This document shows, in pieces, positions 18,735-28,436 of a stretch of DNA of 57,688 bases. How positions within the stretch are numbered: the stretch's first letter is position 1; each line of letters begins with the position of its first letter. Made by a program: the position numbers and the translations under genes. The stretch covers positions 1-57,688 of the forward strand of contig CAZLCI010000004.1 in NCBI GenBank assembly GCA_964558115.1. The letters are read 5' to 3'. The notes under the pieces were generated by a model. That model did not search any database. It had not been told where the DNA came from and worked only from the letters and a program-made list of their open reading frames with translations. Source of the stretch: an uncultured Nitrospinaceae bacterium (GTDB lineage: Bacteria > UBA8248).

Positions 18735-19655
18735 ATGAAAATACTTCGTTTTGGCAAAGATAGGATTGGAATTATCAAGAATGAAAATTTTGTTGTTGAT
18801 GTTAGTGAAATAATTAAAGATCGTGAAATTAAAGGAGAACAAACTGTTATCGAAGAAGTCATTTCTAATTATGACAATTTGAAGGAAGAAATTGAGAATC
18901 TTGTAAATAAAAATGAAGGGAAACCACTTGATCAAATAGATATTCTTGCCCCAGTTCCCAGGCCGAGTAAATGTATTGGTGCGTTTCTAAATTATCTGGA
19001 TTTAGGAAGAACTGTTGAGATGCTTCCATTGGAATTTTTTTATAAAGACAATACTTTGCTCGGGCCAGGCGGAACTATAAAATTAGTTGATATTCCTGAG
19101 GTAACTGAATTTCAACCTGAAGCTGAATTAGCATTTATTGTGAAAAAAAATGCTAAAGATATAAATGTTGAAGATGCGATGGATTATGTTTTTGGATATG
19201 TTCCGTTTTTTGATATTTCAGTGCGTGGAATTACACGTTACACTCGTTTCTTGACAAAAGGTCAAGCCACCCATGGACCTTGTGGTCCTTGGATTGCTAC
19301 TAAAGATGAGATTCCTAATCCGCATAAACTGAACGTGAAATCCTGGGTTAATGGTCAAATTGCTCAAGATTATAGTACAGAGCATATGGCACATAAGATT
19401 CCAGATTTAGTAGCATGGGCGAGCCGTTTTGTTGAATTGAGAACCGGTGATGTGATTGCTACAGGAACATATCATGAAGGCAGGAAGCCAATAGTTGATG
19501 GAGATTTTTTGGAAATTGAAATTGAAGGTATTGGCAAAACTGGATTTCATGCGCAAGGCTTTAAATCAAAAATTGATTCTTCGAATTCTGAACCTAGTGC
19601 TAGTCCTGCACCTGCGCCGGGAGTTAAAGATTCTTCAAAAATAACAAAGATTTGA
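18735..19655 (+). CDS. Fumarylacetoacetate hydrolase family protein
   Basis: EAELAFI, FDISVR, K...T.GP.GP.I, GDVIATGT. Confidence 0.9.
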   Translation: MKILRFGKDRIGIIKNENFVVDVSEIIKDREIKGEQTVIEEVISNYDNLKEEIENLVNKNEGKPLDQIDILAPVPRPSKCIGAFLNYLDLGRTVEMLPLEFFYKDNTLLGPGGTIKLVDIPEVTEFQPEAELAFIVKKNAKDINVEDAMDYVFGYVPFFDISVRGITRYTRFLTKGQATHGPCGPWIATKDEIPNPHKLNVKSWVNGQIAQDYSTEHMAHKIPDLVAWASRFVELRTGDVIATGTYHEGRKPIVDGDFLEIEIEGIGKTGFHAQGFKSKIDSSNSEPSASPAPAPGVKDSSKITKI

Positions 19656-19693
19656 CAAACTGAAATTTCTATATAAAACGAGGACCCGATCTG

Positions 19694-21298
19694 TTGGATA
19701 AAAAAAATATTTACCTTAGTTTTGATGTTGCTATTGTGGGAGCTGGTTTTTCCGGGTTGTCTCTACTTTATCATTTAAGAAAAAAAGGTTTTACTGCCAG
19801 GGTGGTAGATATCGCCAAAGATGTTGGTGGTACTTGGTATTGGAACCGGTATCCAGGGGCAAGATGTGATACCGAAAGTATGCAGTATTCCTATAGTTTT
19901 TCAGACGAACTTCAACAAGAATGGAACTGGTCTGAGAGATATGCAACCCAAGCAGAAATCTTGGAGTATATTAATCATGTAACTTCACGTTTTGATTTAC
20001 GAAAAGATATTTCTTTTGGTACTAGAGTTACAAGAGCATCTTTTAGGGAAGAATTGAGCCAATGGTTTATAGAAACGGATAGAGATCTGCAAATCAAGTC
20101 AAATTTTCTAGTGATGGCAACAGGATGTCTCTCTTCCCCTTTTTATCCCAAAATAAAAGGTCTTGAAAATTTCAAGGGTTCTATATGCCATACAGGACGT
20201 TGGCCGCACAGTAATGTTGAATTTAAAGGAAAGAAGGTCGGCGTTATAGGTACAGGTTCTTCGGCAATCCAATCCATCCCAGTCATATCAAAAAATGCGG
20301 AGCATATTTATGTTTTTCAGAGGACTGCAAATTTTGCAATACCTGCTCATAATGGACCTATTCCTCAGGAGAAAGTAAATCATGTGAAAAGTATCTATCC
20401 TGAGATTAGAAAAAAAGCAAAAGAGTTGTACGCTGGTTTTTACCAAACCTATAATGACAAATCTGCTTTAGAGGTATCTGAGGAAGAGAGAAATGAAGAA
20501 TATGAAAGACGTTGGCAGCATGGAGGACTGCCTTTTTTTGGTGCATTCACTGATTTGACTTTTGATGAAAATGCGAATGAAACTGCTGCAGAGTTTGTTC
20601 GATCTAAGATTAGGGAAATAGTAAAAGATCCTATTAAAGCTAAGAAATTATCACCTCAAACTGTTATTGGTTGTAAAAGGTTATGTGTAGATACGGATTA
20701 CTATGCAACTTTTAATCGTGAGAATGTCTCTTTAATTGATATTAAAGAGAGTCCAATTGAAAAGATTACTGAAAGAGGGGTTATAGTTTCCGATCAATTG
20801 TATGAAATTGATTTGCTTGTTTTGGCCACAGGCTTTGATGCAATGACGGGATCAATTCTAAAGATAGATATTCGTGGGAGAGGTGAAAGGTCTATACAAG
20901 AGAAGTGGAGTGAAGGTCCTAAAACATTTCTTGGTCTAATGACTGAAGGGTTTCCTAATTTTTTTATGATTACTGGACCTCAAAGTCCATCTGTTTTAAC
21001 AAATATGTTAACTAGCATAGAGCAACATATTGATTGGATATGTGATTGCCTTATCTTCTTAAGAGAACAAAAAATAAAAAAGATTGAACCCAAAAAAGAA
21101 ATCGAAGATAACTGGGTTCAACATTGTAATACATTGGCTTCGGAAACACTTCGTTATAAATGTACTTCTTGGTATCTCGGCGTGAATATTCCTGGAAAAC
21201 CTAGAATTTTTATGCCTTATGTGGGTGGATTTCCTATGTATAAAGAAAAATGTGATGGTGAAGCCCTAAATGGGTATCATAGTTTTAAATTATCATAG
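19694..21298 (+). CDS. Type I Baeyer-Villiger monooxygenase (CHMO/PAMO-like)
   Basis: GAGFSG, GGTWYWNRYPG, FKGSICHTGRW fingerprint, GTGSSA, ATGFD, SWYLGVNIPGK. Confidence 0.95.
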   Translation: MDKKNIYLSFDVAIVGAGFSGLSLLYHLRKKGFTARVVDIAKDVGGTWYWNRYPGARCDTESMQYSYSFSDELQQEWNWSERYATQAEILEYINHVTSRFDLRKDISFGTRVTRASFREELSQWFIETDRDLQIKSNFLVMATGCLSSPFYPKIKGLENFKGSICHTGRWPHSNVEFKGKKVGVIGTGSSAIQSIPVISKNAEHIYVFQRTANFAIPAHNGPIPQEKVNHVKSIYPEIRKKAKELYAGFYQTYNDKSALEVSEEERNEEYERRWQHGGLPFFGAFTDLTFDENANETAAEFVRSKIREIVKDPIKAKKLSPQTVIGCKRLCVDTDYYATFNRENVSLIDIKESPIEKITERGVIVSDQLYEIDLLVLATGFDAMTGSILKIDIRGRGERSIQEKWSEGPKTFLGLMTEGFPNFFMITGPQSPSVLTNMLTSIEQHIDWICDCLIFLREQKIKKIEPKKEIEDNWVQHCNTLASETLRYKCTSWYLGVNIPGKPRIFMPYVGGFPMYKEKCDGEALNGYHSFKLS

Positions 21299-21346
21299 GA
21301 TTTATTTTATTCGGGTTTTTAAAATATATTATCTTGGAGTTAAATC

Positions 21347-22480
21347 TTGAATTCGAAGACAGGTTGGTATACATATTTCCCTTCAGATCTAAGATGGTCA
21401 CGTTCAATTTGCTGGATGATTTCTTGTGCTAGATGGGGAGGTTCGGAAATTGGAGAAGTAGACCAAGTGTGTCGTCGGTTATCACAAAATATTGGGAACG
21501 ATACTCATTGGTTACGTGAATGGTCAAGAATGGGAGAAAAAATTTTTATTCTTGCAAAAAGTGAGGAAAAGAAAGGTCATTCTCTTACTGCAGCCTCACA
21601 CTATCTTAGAGCCTGTTACTATTTCCAAATGGGAGAAAGATTAGTTTCTCCTAAAACTGAAAAGTCTATGTCAATTTATAAGAAATCTATAGATTCCTTT
21701 AAAAATTATTACAAATTAGTTGACCGTCCTATAATACAAAAAGTAGAAGTACCATATAAAAGAAAAAAATTACCTGCATATTTTGTGCAAGCAGAAAATA
21801 CGAAGAAAACAAAATGCCCTACAGTAGTTTTTTTTGATGGCAGGGATGTAACGAAAGAGATCCAATTTATCTGTGGTGTAAAAGATATGGTACGGAGAGG
21901 GATGAATTGTCTAATACTCGATGGCCCTGGAACTGGAGAATCAGTTCGTTTCAGAAAGCTTTATTTGCGTCATAATTATGAATTAGCCGGAAGTGCAGCT
22001 TTTGACTATCTTGAAACAAGAAAAGATGTCAATACAAAAAAAGTTGGTGTTCTTGGAATAAGTCTTGGAGGATTTTATGCTTCTAGAGTTGCGAGTTTTG
22101 AGCATCGATATAAAGCTTGTGTCGCTTGGGGTGCGAATTGGGAGTATCAAAAAACTTGGAAAATAAGAGGAGTTCCTGCTCACTCTTATATGGAAATTAT
22201 GAATGTGAAAACTGAAGAAGAAATGCAAACAGAATTTGAGAAATTTTCATTAAAAGGGGTTGTCGATAAGATGAAGTGCTCTTTTCTTCTTACTCATGGA
22301 GCTAATGATAATATGGTTCCGATGAGAGAGGCTCTGGCTCATTTTAGGGCTGTCGGGTCTAGAGATAAAACATTTCGTGTTTTTTCTAAAAAGGAAGGTG
22401 GTGCAGAGCACTGTCAACTAGATAATATGACATTAGGTACTAGCTATATTTTTGATTGGTTACAAACTAAGTTGAAATAA
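21347..22480 (+). CDS. Alpha/beta hydrolase, 2,6-dihydroxypseudooxynicotine hydrolase/FrsA-like
   Basis: DGPGTGE, GISLGG nucleophile elbow, HG.ND, GGAEHCQ. Confidence 0.85.
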   Translation: MNSKTGWYTYFPSDLRWSRSICWMISCARWGGSEIGEVDQVCRRLSQNIGNDTHWLREWSRMGEKIFILAKSEEKKGHSLTAASHYLRACYYFQMGERLVSPKTEKSMSIYKKSIDSFKNYYKLVDRPIIQKVEVPYKRKKLPAYFVQAENTKKTKCPTVVFFDGRDVTKEIQFICGVKDMVRRGMNCLILDGPGTGESVRFRKLYLRHNYELAGSAAFDYLETRKDVNTKKVGVLGISLGGFYASRVASFEHRYKACVAWGANWEYQKTWKIRGVPAHSYMEIMNVKTEEEMQTEFEKFSLKGVVDKMKCSFLLTHGANDNMVPMREALAHFRAVGSRDKTFRVFSKKEGGAEHCQLDNMTLGTSYIFDWLQTKLK

Positions 22481-22499
22481 TTTCATAAGGGAGATAACA

Positions 22500-23057
22500 A
22501 TGGAAAAGCCTATCGATGGGTTCGAAACGTCTAGTGAAATTGGAAAACGTGTTATTGATCAACCAGAACTTCCCTCACAAGGTTTAGCTACAGATTCTGA
22601 AGTTTTTACTGAAGTTGTTGAAGGTCAGATTCAACTAAAAAAAGGGACCGTTAGACATTTTGAGGTTTTTTGTGATGAACAAGAAAGAATAGGTGGGACT
22701 GATAAATATCCATCTCCAATGTCCTATATGGCAATGGGAACTGGTTTCTGACTTCTAACCCAAGTTGCGCGGTACGCGCATATGATGAAAATTGATATTG
22801 AGAAGGCAAGTGTGAAGGTTAGGTTTCGTAAATTGTTAGGAGGTTCTGTATTAAAGGGTACAGTTTTTAATAAGTGGCAAGGAGTAGATACGCATTTAAT
22901 AGTAGAATCAAAAGCTCCAAAAGATAAAATTGCACACCTAATTCGAAATGCAAAAAATGGTTGCTTTGCAGAAGGGCTAATAGTGCAGTCCGTACCATTG
23001 ACAAGCACTATTGAGTTAAATGGGGAAAAACTAGATTTGGAAGGAATAACAGATTAG
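22500..23057 (+). CDS. OsmC/Ohr-like selenoprotein, 185 aa, Sec84 at TGA 22749-22751
   Basis: ORFs 22500..22751 and 22782..23057 are in frame and joined by stop-free LLTQVARYAH; GGTD.YPSP.SY....GF-U-L.TQ..RYA puts TGA at the OsmC catalytic Cys; second Cys in AKNGCFAE; SECIS-like hairpin follows. Confidence 0.88.
22766..22780 (+). promoter_or_regulatory. Putative bacterial SECIS hairpin of the OsmC-like gene
   Basis: TGCGC-GGTAC-GCGCA: GC-rich stem in an AT-rich region; loop begins GGU with 19 nt between UGA and loop. Confidence 0.75.
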
Positions 23058-23116
23058 TTTTGAAGATGGTTAACTTTGTTTTTTGATTTCTTAATTTTGC
23101 ATACTTGGGATTCATT

Positions 23117-23941
23117 ATGATAAAGACTCCGCATTTGATTTATGGGACCGCTTGGAAGGAAGAGGCTACGGAAGAACTTGTCTTATCTGCAATTAAAACA
23201 GGATATCGTAATTTTGATACTGCAAATCAGAGAAGACATTATGTTGAAATTGCTGTTGGCGATGCCCTTTCGGAGGCATATAAAAATGGTATGGAGAGAG
23301 AAGAATTTTTTTTGCAAACCAAATATACTTTTCCTGCGGGTCAGGACGAGAGACTGCCCTATGATTTAAATGCGGACTATGATGTTCAGGTTCGACAATC
23401 ATTCGAGAGTTCTCTAGAACACTTACAAACAACTTTTGTTGACTCTTATCTTTTACATGGTCCGTCTCAGCGTTTTGGTCTTGACGAATCCGATTTGATG
23501 GTTTGGGCTGAGATGGAATCTATTTTTAAAGACGGATTAACCAGAAGTTTAGGGGTAAGTAATGTAAATATTGAACAACTAAAACTTTTATACGAAGAGT
23601 CTAAAATAAAACCGACATTCGTACAAAATCGTTGTTTTGCACAAATGGGTTGGGACTGGGAAGTGAGAAAATTTTGCAGAGAAAACGAGATTTTGTATCA
23701 AGGATTCTCATTACTTACAGCTAACCATTTCGTTTTAACAACTCTAAAAGAAATTTCGGAAAGGATAAATAAAACTCCTGCTCAAATAATTTTTCGATTT
23801 GCAATTTATATTGGGATTGTTCCTCTCACGGGTACGACAAATATGTTGCATATGGAAGAAGATATTTCTCTAGATTTTGAACTTGAAAATTCTGAAATCG
23901 ATTTCATAGAAAAAGTTGGAATTGAATTTCGGCAAAGATAA
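23117..23941 (+). CDS. Aldo/keto reductase
   Basis: YGTAWK, G.R.FDTA..Y, LQTK, DSYLLH, LGVSN; ATG 23117 preferred. Confidence 0.9.
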   Translation: MIKTPHLIYGTAWKEEATEELVLSAIKTGYRNFDTANQRRHYVEIAVGDALSEAYKNGMEREEFFLQTKYTFPAGQDERLPYDLNADYDVQVRQSFESSLEHLQTTFVDSYLLHGPSQRFGLDESDLMVWAEMESIFKDGLTRSLGVSNVNIEQLKLLYEESKIKPTFVQNRCFAQMGWDWEVRKFCRENEILYQGFSLLTANHFVLTTLKEISERINKTPAQIIFRFAIYIGIVPLTGTTNMLHMEEDISLDFELENSEIDFIEKVGIEFRQR

Positions 23942-23958
23942 AATCTTGTTAATTAACA

Positions 23959-24831
23959 TTACCATTTTAGGTTTACTAACAATGCTCCTCCAACGGTCAT
24001 TAGACATCCTGTAGGTATCTTCCAAGTGAGTTTTTCAAATTTTCTTACTAGAAAAAATGCCATGGTTACTGTGAAAATAGGTGAAGTTTGGATTATAGGA
24101 AGCATACGATATACTTCTCCAAGTTTCATTGCTTTCGTATAACAAAAAAACCCACATGCCATTAATAGACCAGCGAGTAAAAAAGGTCGAAAGCTTTTTT
24201 TGATATTGACTTCCGAAAAACTTTTGGTAGTGAGAATAGTGTAGATCCCTACAATTGATAGACCAATAATCGTACCAATTGTAGTTCCAACGGTAGTGTC
24301 TGGGAATGATTGCAGACCCTTTCTCCAAAATACTGCAGCAAATGATGATACAATTGCTGCGGCGATTGGCCAAAGAATTTGAATTTTTTTGTATCCTCCG
24401 TCAGTTTTCTCAAAAGTGATAAGAGTAATCCCAGAGAAAACAAATGCGATGCCAACTAAATTTTTCCAGGTTGGTTCCTCTGACAAAATTAAAATTCCTA
24501 GAAGAGTTCCAAGAATTGGAGAACTTCCTTTGATTGGAGCAGCGCGAGCGACACCTATTTTAGAAATTCCAGTGAGATAGAATATAAAGAAGAGACCCGG
24601 ATTACATACACCTGCAAAAATTATCCATAGATAATGTATTCCAAGATTAGGAAATGTAGATTGAGAGAAAATAATAAATACAATCAAAATAAATAAAGTA
24701 CTTGCTAAAACAATAGTAGAACCTATAAATGCATTTGTGTGCTGAAGACCGGAGCGAATTGCCATATCACAAAGCGCATAAGAAAAAGACGCAGAAAGAG
24801 CAAATAAAAATGCTAAGTCAATAATTAACAA
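23959..24831 (-). CDS. DMT/EamA family transporter
   Basis: About 10 TM segments, GVARAAPI...LSEE repeat pattern. Confidence 0.85.
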   Translation of the reverse strand: MLIIDLAFLFALSASFSYALCDMAIRSGLQHTNAFIGSTIVLASTLFILIVFIIFSQSTFPNLGIHYLWIIFAGVCNPGLFFIFYLTGISKIGVARAAPIKGSSPILGTLLGILILSEEPTWKNLVGIAFVFSGITLITFEKTDGGYKKIQILWPIAAAIVSSFAAVFWRKGLQSFPDTTVGTTIGTIIGLSIVGIYTILTTKSFSEVNIKKSFRPFLLAGLLMACGFFCYTKAMKLGEVYRMLPIIQTSPIFTVTMAFFLVRKFEKLTWKIPTGCLMTVGGALLVNLKW

Positions 24832-24891
24832 TTTGTCTGACCTTTCTTAAGAATTTTTGTAGTTTATGAAAAGAGATCAAAGTAAGGTTTT

Positions 24892-25254
24892 CTATAATAA
24901 AATATCTTCTTCGTTTAGAAGAATAAGATATGGCTCTCCATATTGTCCTTTTTCTGAAATAGCCCAATTTGATTGATCTGTTTTAAGTTTGAAACGAACC
25001 CCCCAGTCTCCGCCATAAATGAGGTGAGAACTTCCTTGTCCAGAATCTGAAACAGGCGTATAGAGAGCGGAACAAGGAGAGCCATTTTCTTTACTAGACC
25101 ATCCTGTAATCTGATATATTCCATCTGGATAATCAGGCAACTCCAAACGGATATAGTTTATTAGAACAGGTTCCTTTTTTATCTCATAAAGGTGTCCGGG
25201 CATATAAGTACAATTTTGATTTTCTTCAACTTCTAAGTATAAATTTTGTGTCAA
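24892..25254 (-). CDS. Hypothetical protein (acidic, 120 aa)
   Basis: Fills the gap between co-oriented genes, TTG start after AGGA, protein-like composition (SDSGQG, GGDWGVR, GEPYL). Confidence 0.7.
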   Translation of the reverse strand: MTQNLYLEVEENQNCTYMPGHLYEIKKEPVLINYIRLELPDYPDGIYQITGWSSKENGSPCSALYTPVSDSGQGSSHLIYGGDWGVRFKLKTDQSNWAISEKGQYGEPYLILLNEEDILL

Positions 25255-25287
25255 TTTTTTATCCTGATTTAACGTTTTTTTTGGGAT

Positions 25288-26073
25288 TTATATAGACCAA
25301 CTTCTGCCTCCATCTACAGGAATTAATGATCCATTAATATAAGAAGCTGATTCACTCGCTAGAAATAGTGCGAGTTGTGCTGCTTCTTTTGGATCTCCAA
25401 ATCTGCCTGTTGGATTCTGTGATGCTCTTAAATTAGCGGCTTCTTTTTCTGAAATAGAATGAAGGTCTGCATATGTTTTGAGGCCTCTTCTAACCATTGG
25501 CGTATCAAATTGACCAAGTAAAATTGCATTTACACGTATTCCATTTGATGCGACAAGTCTTGCTAGCGCTTTCGTCGCACTTAAGATTCCACCACCTGCT
25601 GTTGCTGCCATCACATTTTCAGGAATTGGTTCCTTGTAAATGACTGCGCCCATAAAAATTACATTTCCTGTTTTTCTTTTTGTCATTTTACTGAGTACTT
25701 TTTGAGTTAGATAAAGTGGTGATGTGATTCGATTTTTTAAAATTTCTTCCCAGAGTTTGGGTTCGGTTTTGAAAAAATCTCCAGGATAACTTTTCCCTGC
25801 ATTATTAATTAATATATCTATTGGACCTAAAGTTTTCTCTGTTTTTTCTATGATCTTATCCATATCTTCTAAGTAGGATAGGTCTGCACTTATAGATTCA
25901 ATTTCACCACCATCTTCTTCGAGGATTTTTTTTGCTTTTTCTATTTTTTCTATATTACGTCCTGTTATCATTATTTTTGCGGACTCTTTTGAGAAAAGTC
26001 GTGCAGTTTCTAGTCCAATTCCACTAGTTCCTCCAGTTATAATTACTACTTTCCCATCTAAATTGTATGACAT
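25288..26073 (-). CDS. Short-chain dehydrogenase/reductase, atypical active site
   Basis: TGGTSGIG, INNAG, GIRVNAI, VDGG; no YxxxK. Confidence 0.88.
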   Translation of the reverse strand: MSYNLDGKVVIITGGTSGIGLETARLFSKESAKIMITGRNIEKIEKAKKILEEDGGEIESISADLSYLEDMDKIIEKTEKTLGPIDILINNAGKSYPGDFFKTEPKLWEEILKNRITSPLYLTQKVLSKMTKRKTGNVIFMGAVIYKEPIPENVMAATAGGGILSATKALARLVASNGIRVNAILLGQFDTPMVRRGLKTYADLHSISEKEAANLRASQNPTGRFGDPKEAAQLALFLASESASYINGSLIPVDGGRSWSI

Positions 26074-26258
26074 TATCTAACCTTTCTACTTTAAAAGTTT
26101 CATTTCTACGAAAAAAAATGATTTGAATTCTCAATTTGAATTTAATTTAGTAAACTCTTCCTCGCTTCCATTTAAAGTTCTAGCATATCAGATACCTTGC
26201 TTCATATACGTTTGATTTTTTTTGTCAGAAGTCTGTTTTTAAAAAGGTAAAGCGAAAA

Positions 26259-27431
26259 ATGGAAAAAAGTAAGTCAATGCAAAATGCACCATGGACAGCG
26301 ATGTCTCTTTTATTCCTAGCACATTTTGTTGTGGATAGTCAGGTAAGTTTTCTTGCTCCTCTTCTTCCATATCTTAGAGAAAAGTTTGAAATCAGTCTTG
26401 CTACTGCTGGTATTTTAATTAGTCTTCAAGCTTTTTGTGTTACGGCAAGTCAACCTTTGACTGCACTTATAACGGATAGGTTTCCTCATTTGCCCTGGCT
26501 TGCTATTGGTCTGATAGGTAGTTCTTTTTTTATAACTGCGATGGGATGGCTCCCCTTATATTCGGCTGTTGTTATTTCGATTCCTTTAGGAGGTTTCTTA
26601 GCAGGTCTTGCTCATCCTGATATGGGTTCTAGAGCAGGTTCTTTAAGTGAAGATCATCGAACTTTAGCAGTTAGTGTATATGTCTCTGGAGGAAGACTAG
26701 GATTTTCAATAGGTCCTATTATAGCGTTATTTATAGTCGATTCATTAGGGATGGAGTTTCTTTGGATTTATGTTTTGATAAATATCATTCTAGTTTATGG
26801 GATTATGAAAGGATTACCAAAGCCATCTGCTATTACTAATAGAGATAGTACTATTCTTATGGGATTGAGGAAGGCACTTTTTTCTGCCGGCCTTCCTCTT
26901 GTGATACTTTTGGGTGTGACTATTTCTAGAAGTATAGTAACAGTGAATTTGCAAGGTTTACTCCCTACTCTTTATGTTGAAAGAGGGATTGGTCTCTGGC
27001 AAGGGGGAATAGCTAATTCAGTTCTGTTGTTTTTTGGAATGTTTGGAGTAATCCTAGGAGGTGTTTTAGCTGATTTGCTGGGGAAAAAGAAACTCATAAT
27101 TACCGGAATGTTAACTGCACTTATTGGTTTAGTAGGCTTCTTAATGTCATCACCTATAGTCGCTTTAGTTTTTCTTTCAATTCTTGGGTTAGGAATGTAT
27201 ATGCCGATGGGTGTGAGTATGGCATACGCACAAGAATTCCTACCCGAGCACAGAGGGTTTGCAAGTTCTCTAACATTAGGCGTTTCATGGGGTTTTGCAA
27301 GTTTTTCTGTTATCCCCATTACGAATATTGCAGAAAGTATAGGTCTTATGAATGCATTTTGGTTCTTGCCACTTGCACTGGTTCTTGCACTGTTTCTTGC
27401 ATTCTGCCTTCCAAAAGAGTCAATTAATTAA
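26259..27431 (+). CDS. MFS transporter (Fsr-like)
   Basis: 12 TM segments, HFVVD..., SQPL..L.TDR, AHP, GG.LAD..GKK. Confidence 0.88.
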   Translation: MEKSKSMQNAPWTAMSLLFLAHFVVDSQVSFLAPLLPYLREKFEISLATAGILISLQAFCVTASQPLTALITDRFPHLPWLAIGLIGSSFFITAMGWLPLYSAVVISIPLGGFLAGLAHPDMGSRAGSLSEDHRTLAVSVYVSGGRLGFSIGPIIALFIVDSLGMEFLWIYVLINIILVYGIMKGLPKPSAITNRDSTILMGLRKALFSAGLPLVILLGVTISRSIVTVNLQGLLPTLYVERGIGLWQGGIANSVLLFFGMFGVILGGVLADLLGKKKLIITGMLTALIGLVGFLMSSPIVALVFLSILGLGMYMPMGVSMAYAQEFLPEHRGFASSLTLGVSWGFASFSVIPITNIAESIGLMNAFWFLPLALVLALFLAFCLPKESIN

Positions 27432-27433
27432 TT

Positions 27434-28309
27434 TTATAATGCATACCTTTTTAGAAATTTACGTAGGGTCTCTTCGTATTTTTTTAAATCTGCAACCATA
27501 GGGAAGTGACCGCTTTTCTTCAGTGTTTTTATAATTGTACCCTTAGGAAGTAATGCTTTTAGTTTTCTTACCTCTTGTGGAGTATTCCTTTTGGTCTTGC
27601 CGCCTCTTAATATTAGAACTGGACATTTCACTAGAGGAGCAATTGGAAAAGGGTCATAGTCACTCTTTATAGATGCTTGAAAAGTCCTTAGTTTGAAAAA
27701 CCAGTTTTTATCAAAAGGCATTCTACATGGACCATTTAAATCATTATAAAGCAGAAGATTCTTTACAAATTGTAATGATTCTTTTTTTGGCCATTCACCG
27801 TTCTCTGATCTTGAAAAGTATTCAACAGCACTTTTTAAATTTTTGAATGAGTTTGGTTGTGCGAAGTTTTCTTTAAGACCTTTAGCTCTTATTTCTAAGG
27901 GTCTTGAAGGAACGTCAACTAATACTATACAACGAATTCTTTTTGGAATTAGTGATGCAAGATGAAGAACATGTGCGGCTCCAAAAGAGTGTCCAAACAA
28001 GCTGAACTGATCTAATTTAAGCTTGTTAGCTAAATTAAGAGCGTCCTTTGCAAAGGATTTTGAAGAAAATGGATGTCTTGGTGAACCAGCGTCACTTAAC
28101 CCATATCCCCTTTGATCTGGACAAATAAAGTGCCACTCTTTCAGTTTTTCTGCTGTGGAATTCCACATTCCAGACTGCATTCTAGAACCATGCAAGGCTA
28201 GTATAGGAAATTTTTTTAATTTTTGTTTTGGTTTCCACTCATTTATGTACATAAGAAAATTTGAAATTAAGTGGTAGGACTCTTTCCATCTTTGATTTTG
28301 ACTATTCAT
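27434..28309 (-). CDS. Alpha/beta fold hydrolase
   Basis: LHG, DQRGYGLS, GHSFG, SGHF. Confidence 0.9.
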   Translation of the reverse strand: MNSQNQRWKESYHLISNFLMYINEWKPKQKLKKFPILALHGSRMQSGMWNSTAEKLKEWHFICPDQRGYGLSDAGSPRHPFSSKSFAKDALNLANKLKLDQFSLFGHSFGAAHVLHLASLIPKRIRCIVLVDVPSRPLEIRAKGLKENFAQPNSFKNLKSAVEYFSRSENGEWPKKESLQFVKNLLLYNDLNGPCRMPFDKNWFFKLRTFQASIKSDYDPFPIAPLVKCPVLILRGGKTKRNTPQEVRKLKALLPKGTIIKTLKKSGHFPMVADLKKYEETLRKFLKRYAL

Positions 28310-28436
28310 ATAAACTCCATTTTTTTAATTTCGAAGATTTTTTATTTTTTACATGATATCTTGTATAAAACTTTTTTTACACAATTAAAAAATAAATCTA
28401 ATTTTTGGTTACTCAATTTTTGAAAAGGGAGAAAAA

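Noticed and set aside
22782-23057. Track ORF treated as an independent 91-aa gene or pseudogene fragment
   Set aside because: No RBS; it is the in-frame continuation of 22500..22751 across a single TGA, with a SECIS-like hairpin and no other sign of decay
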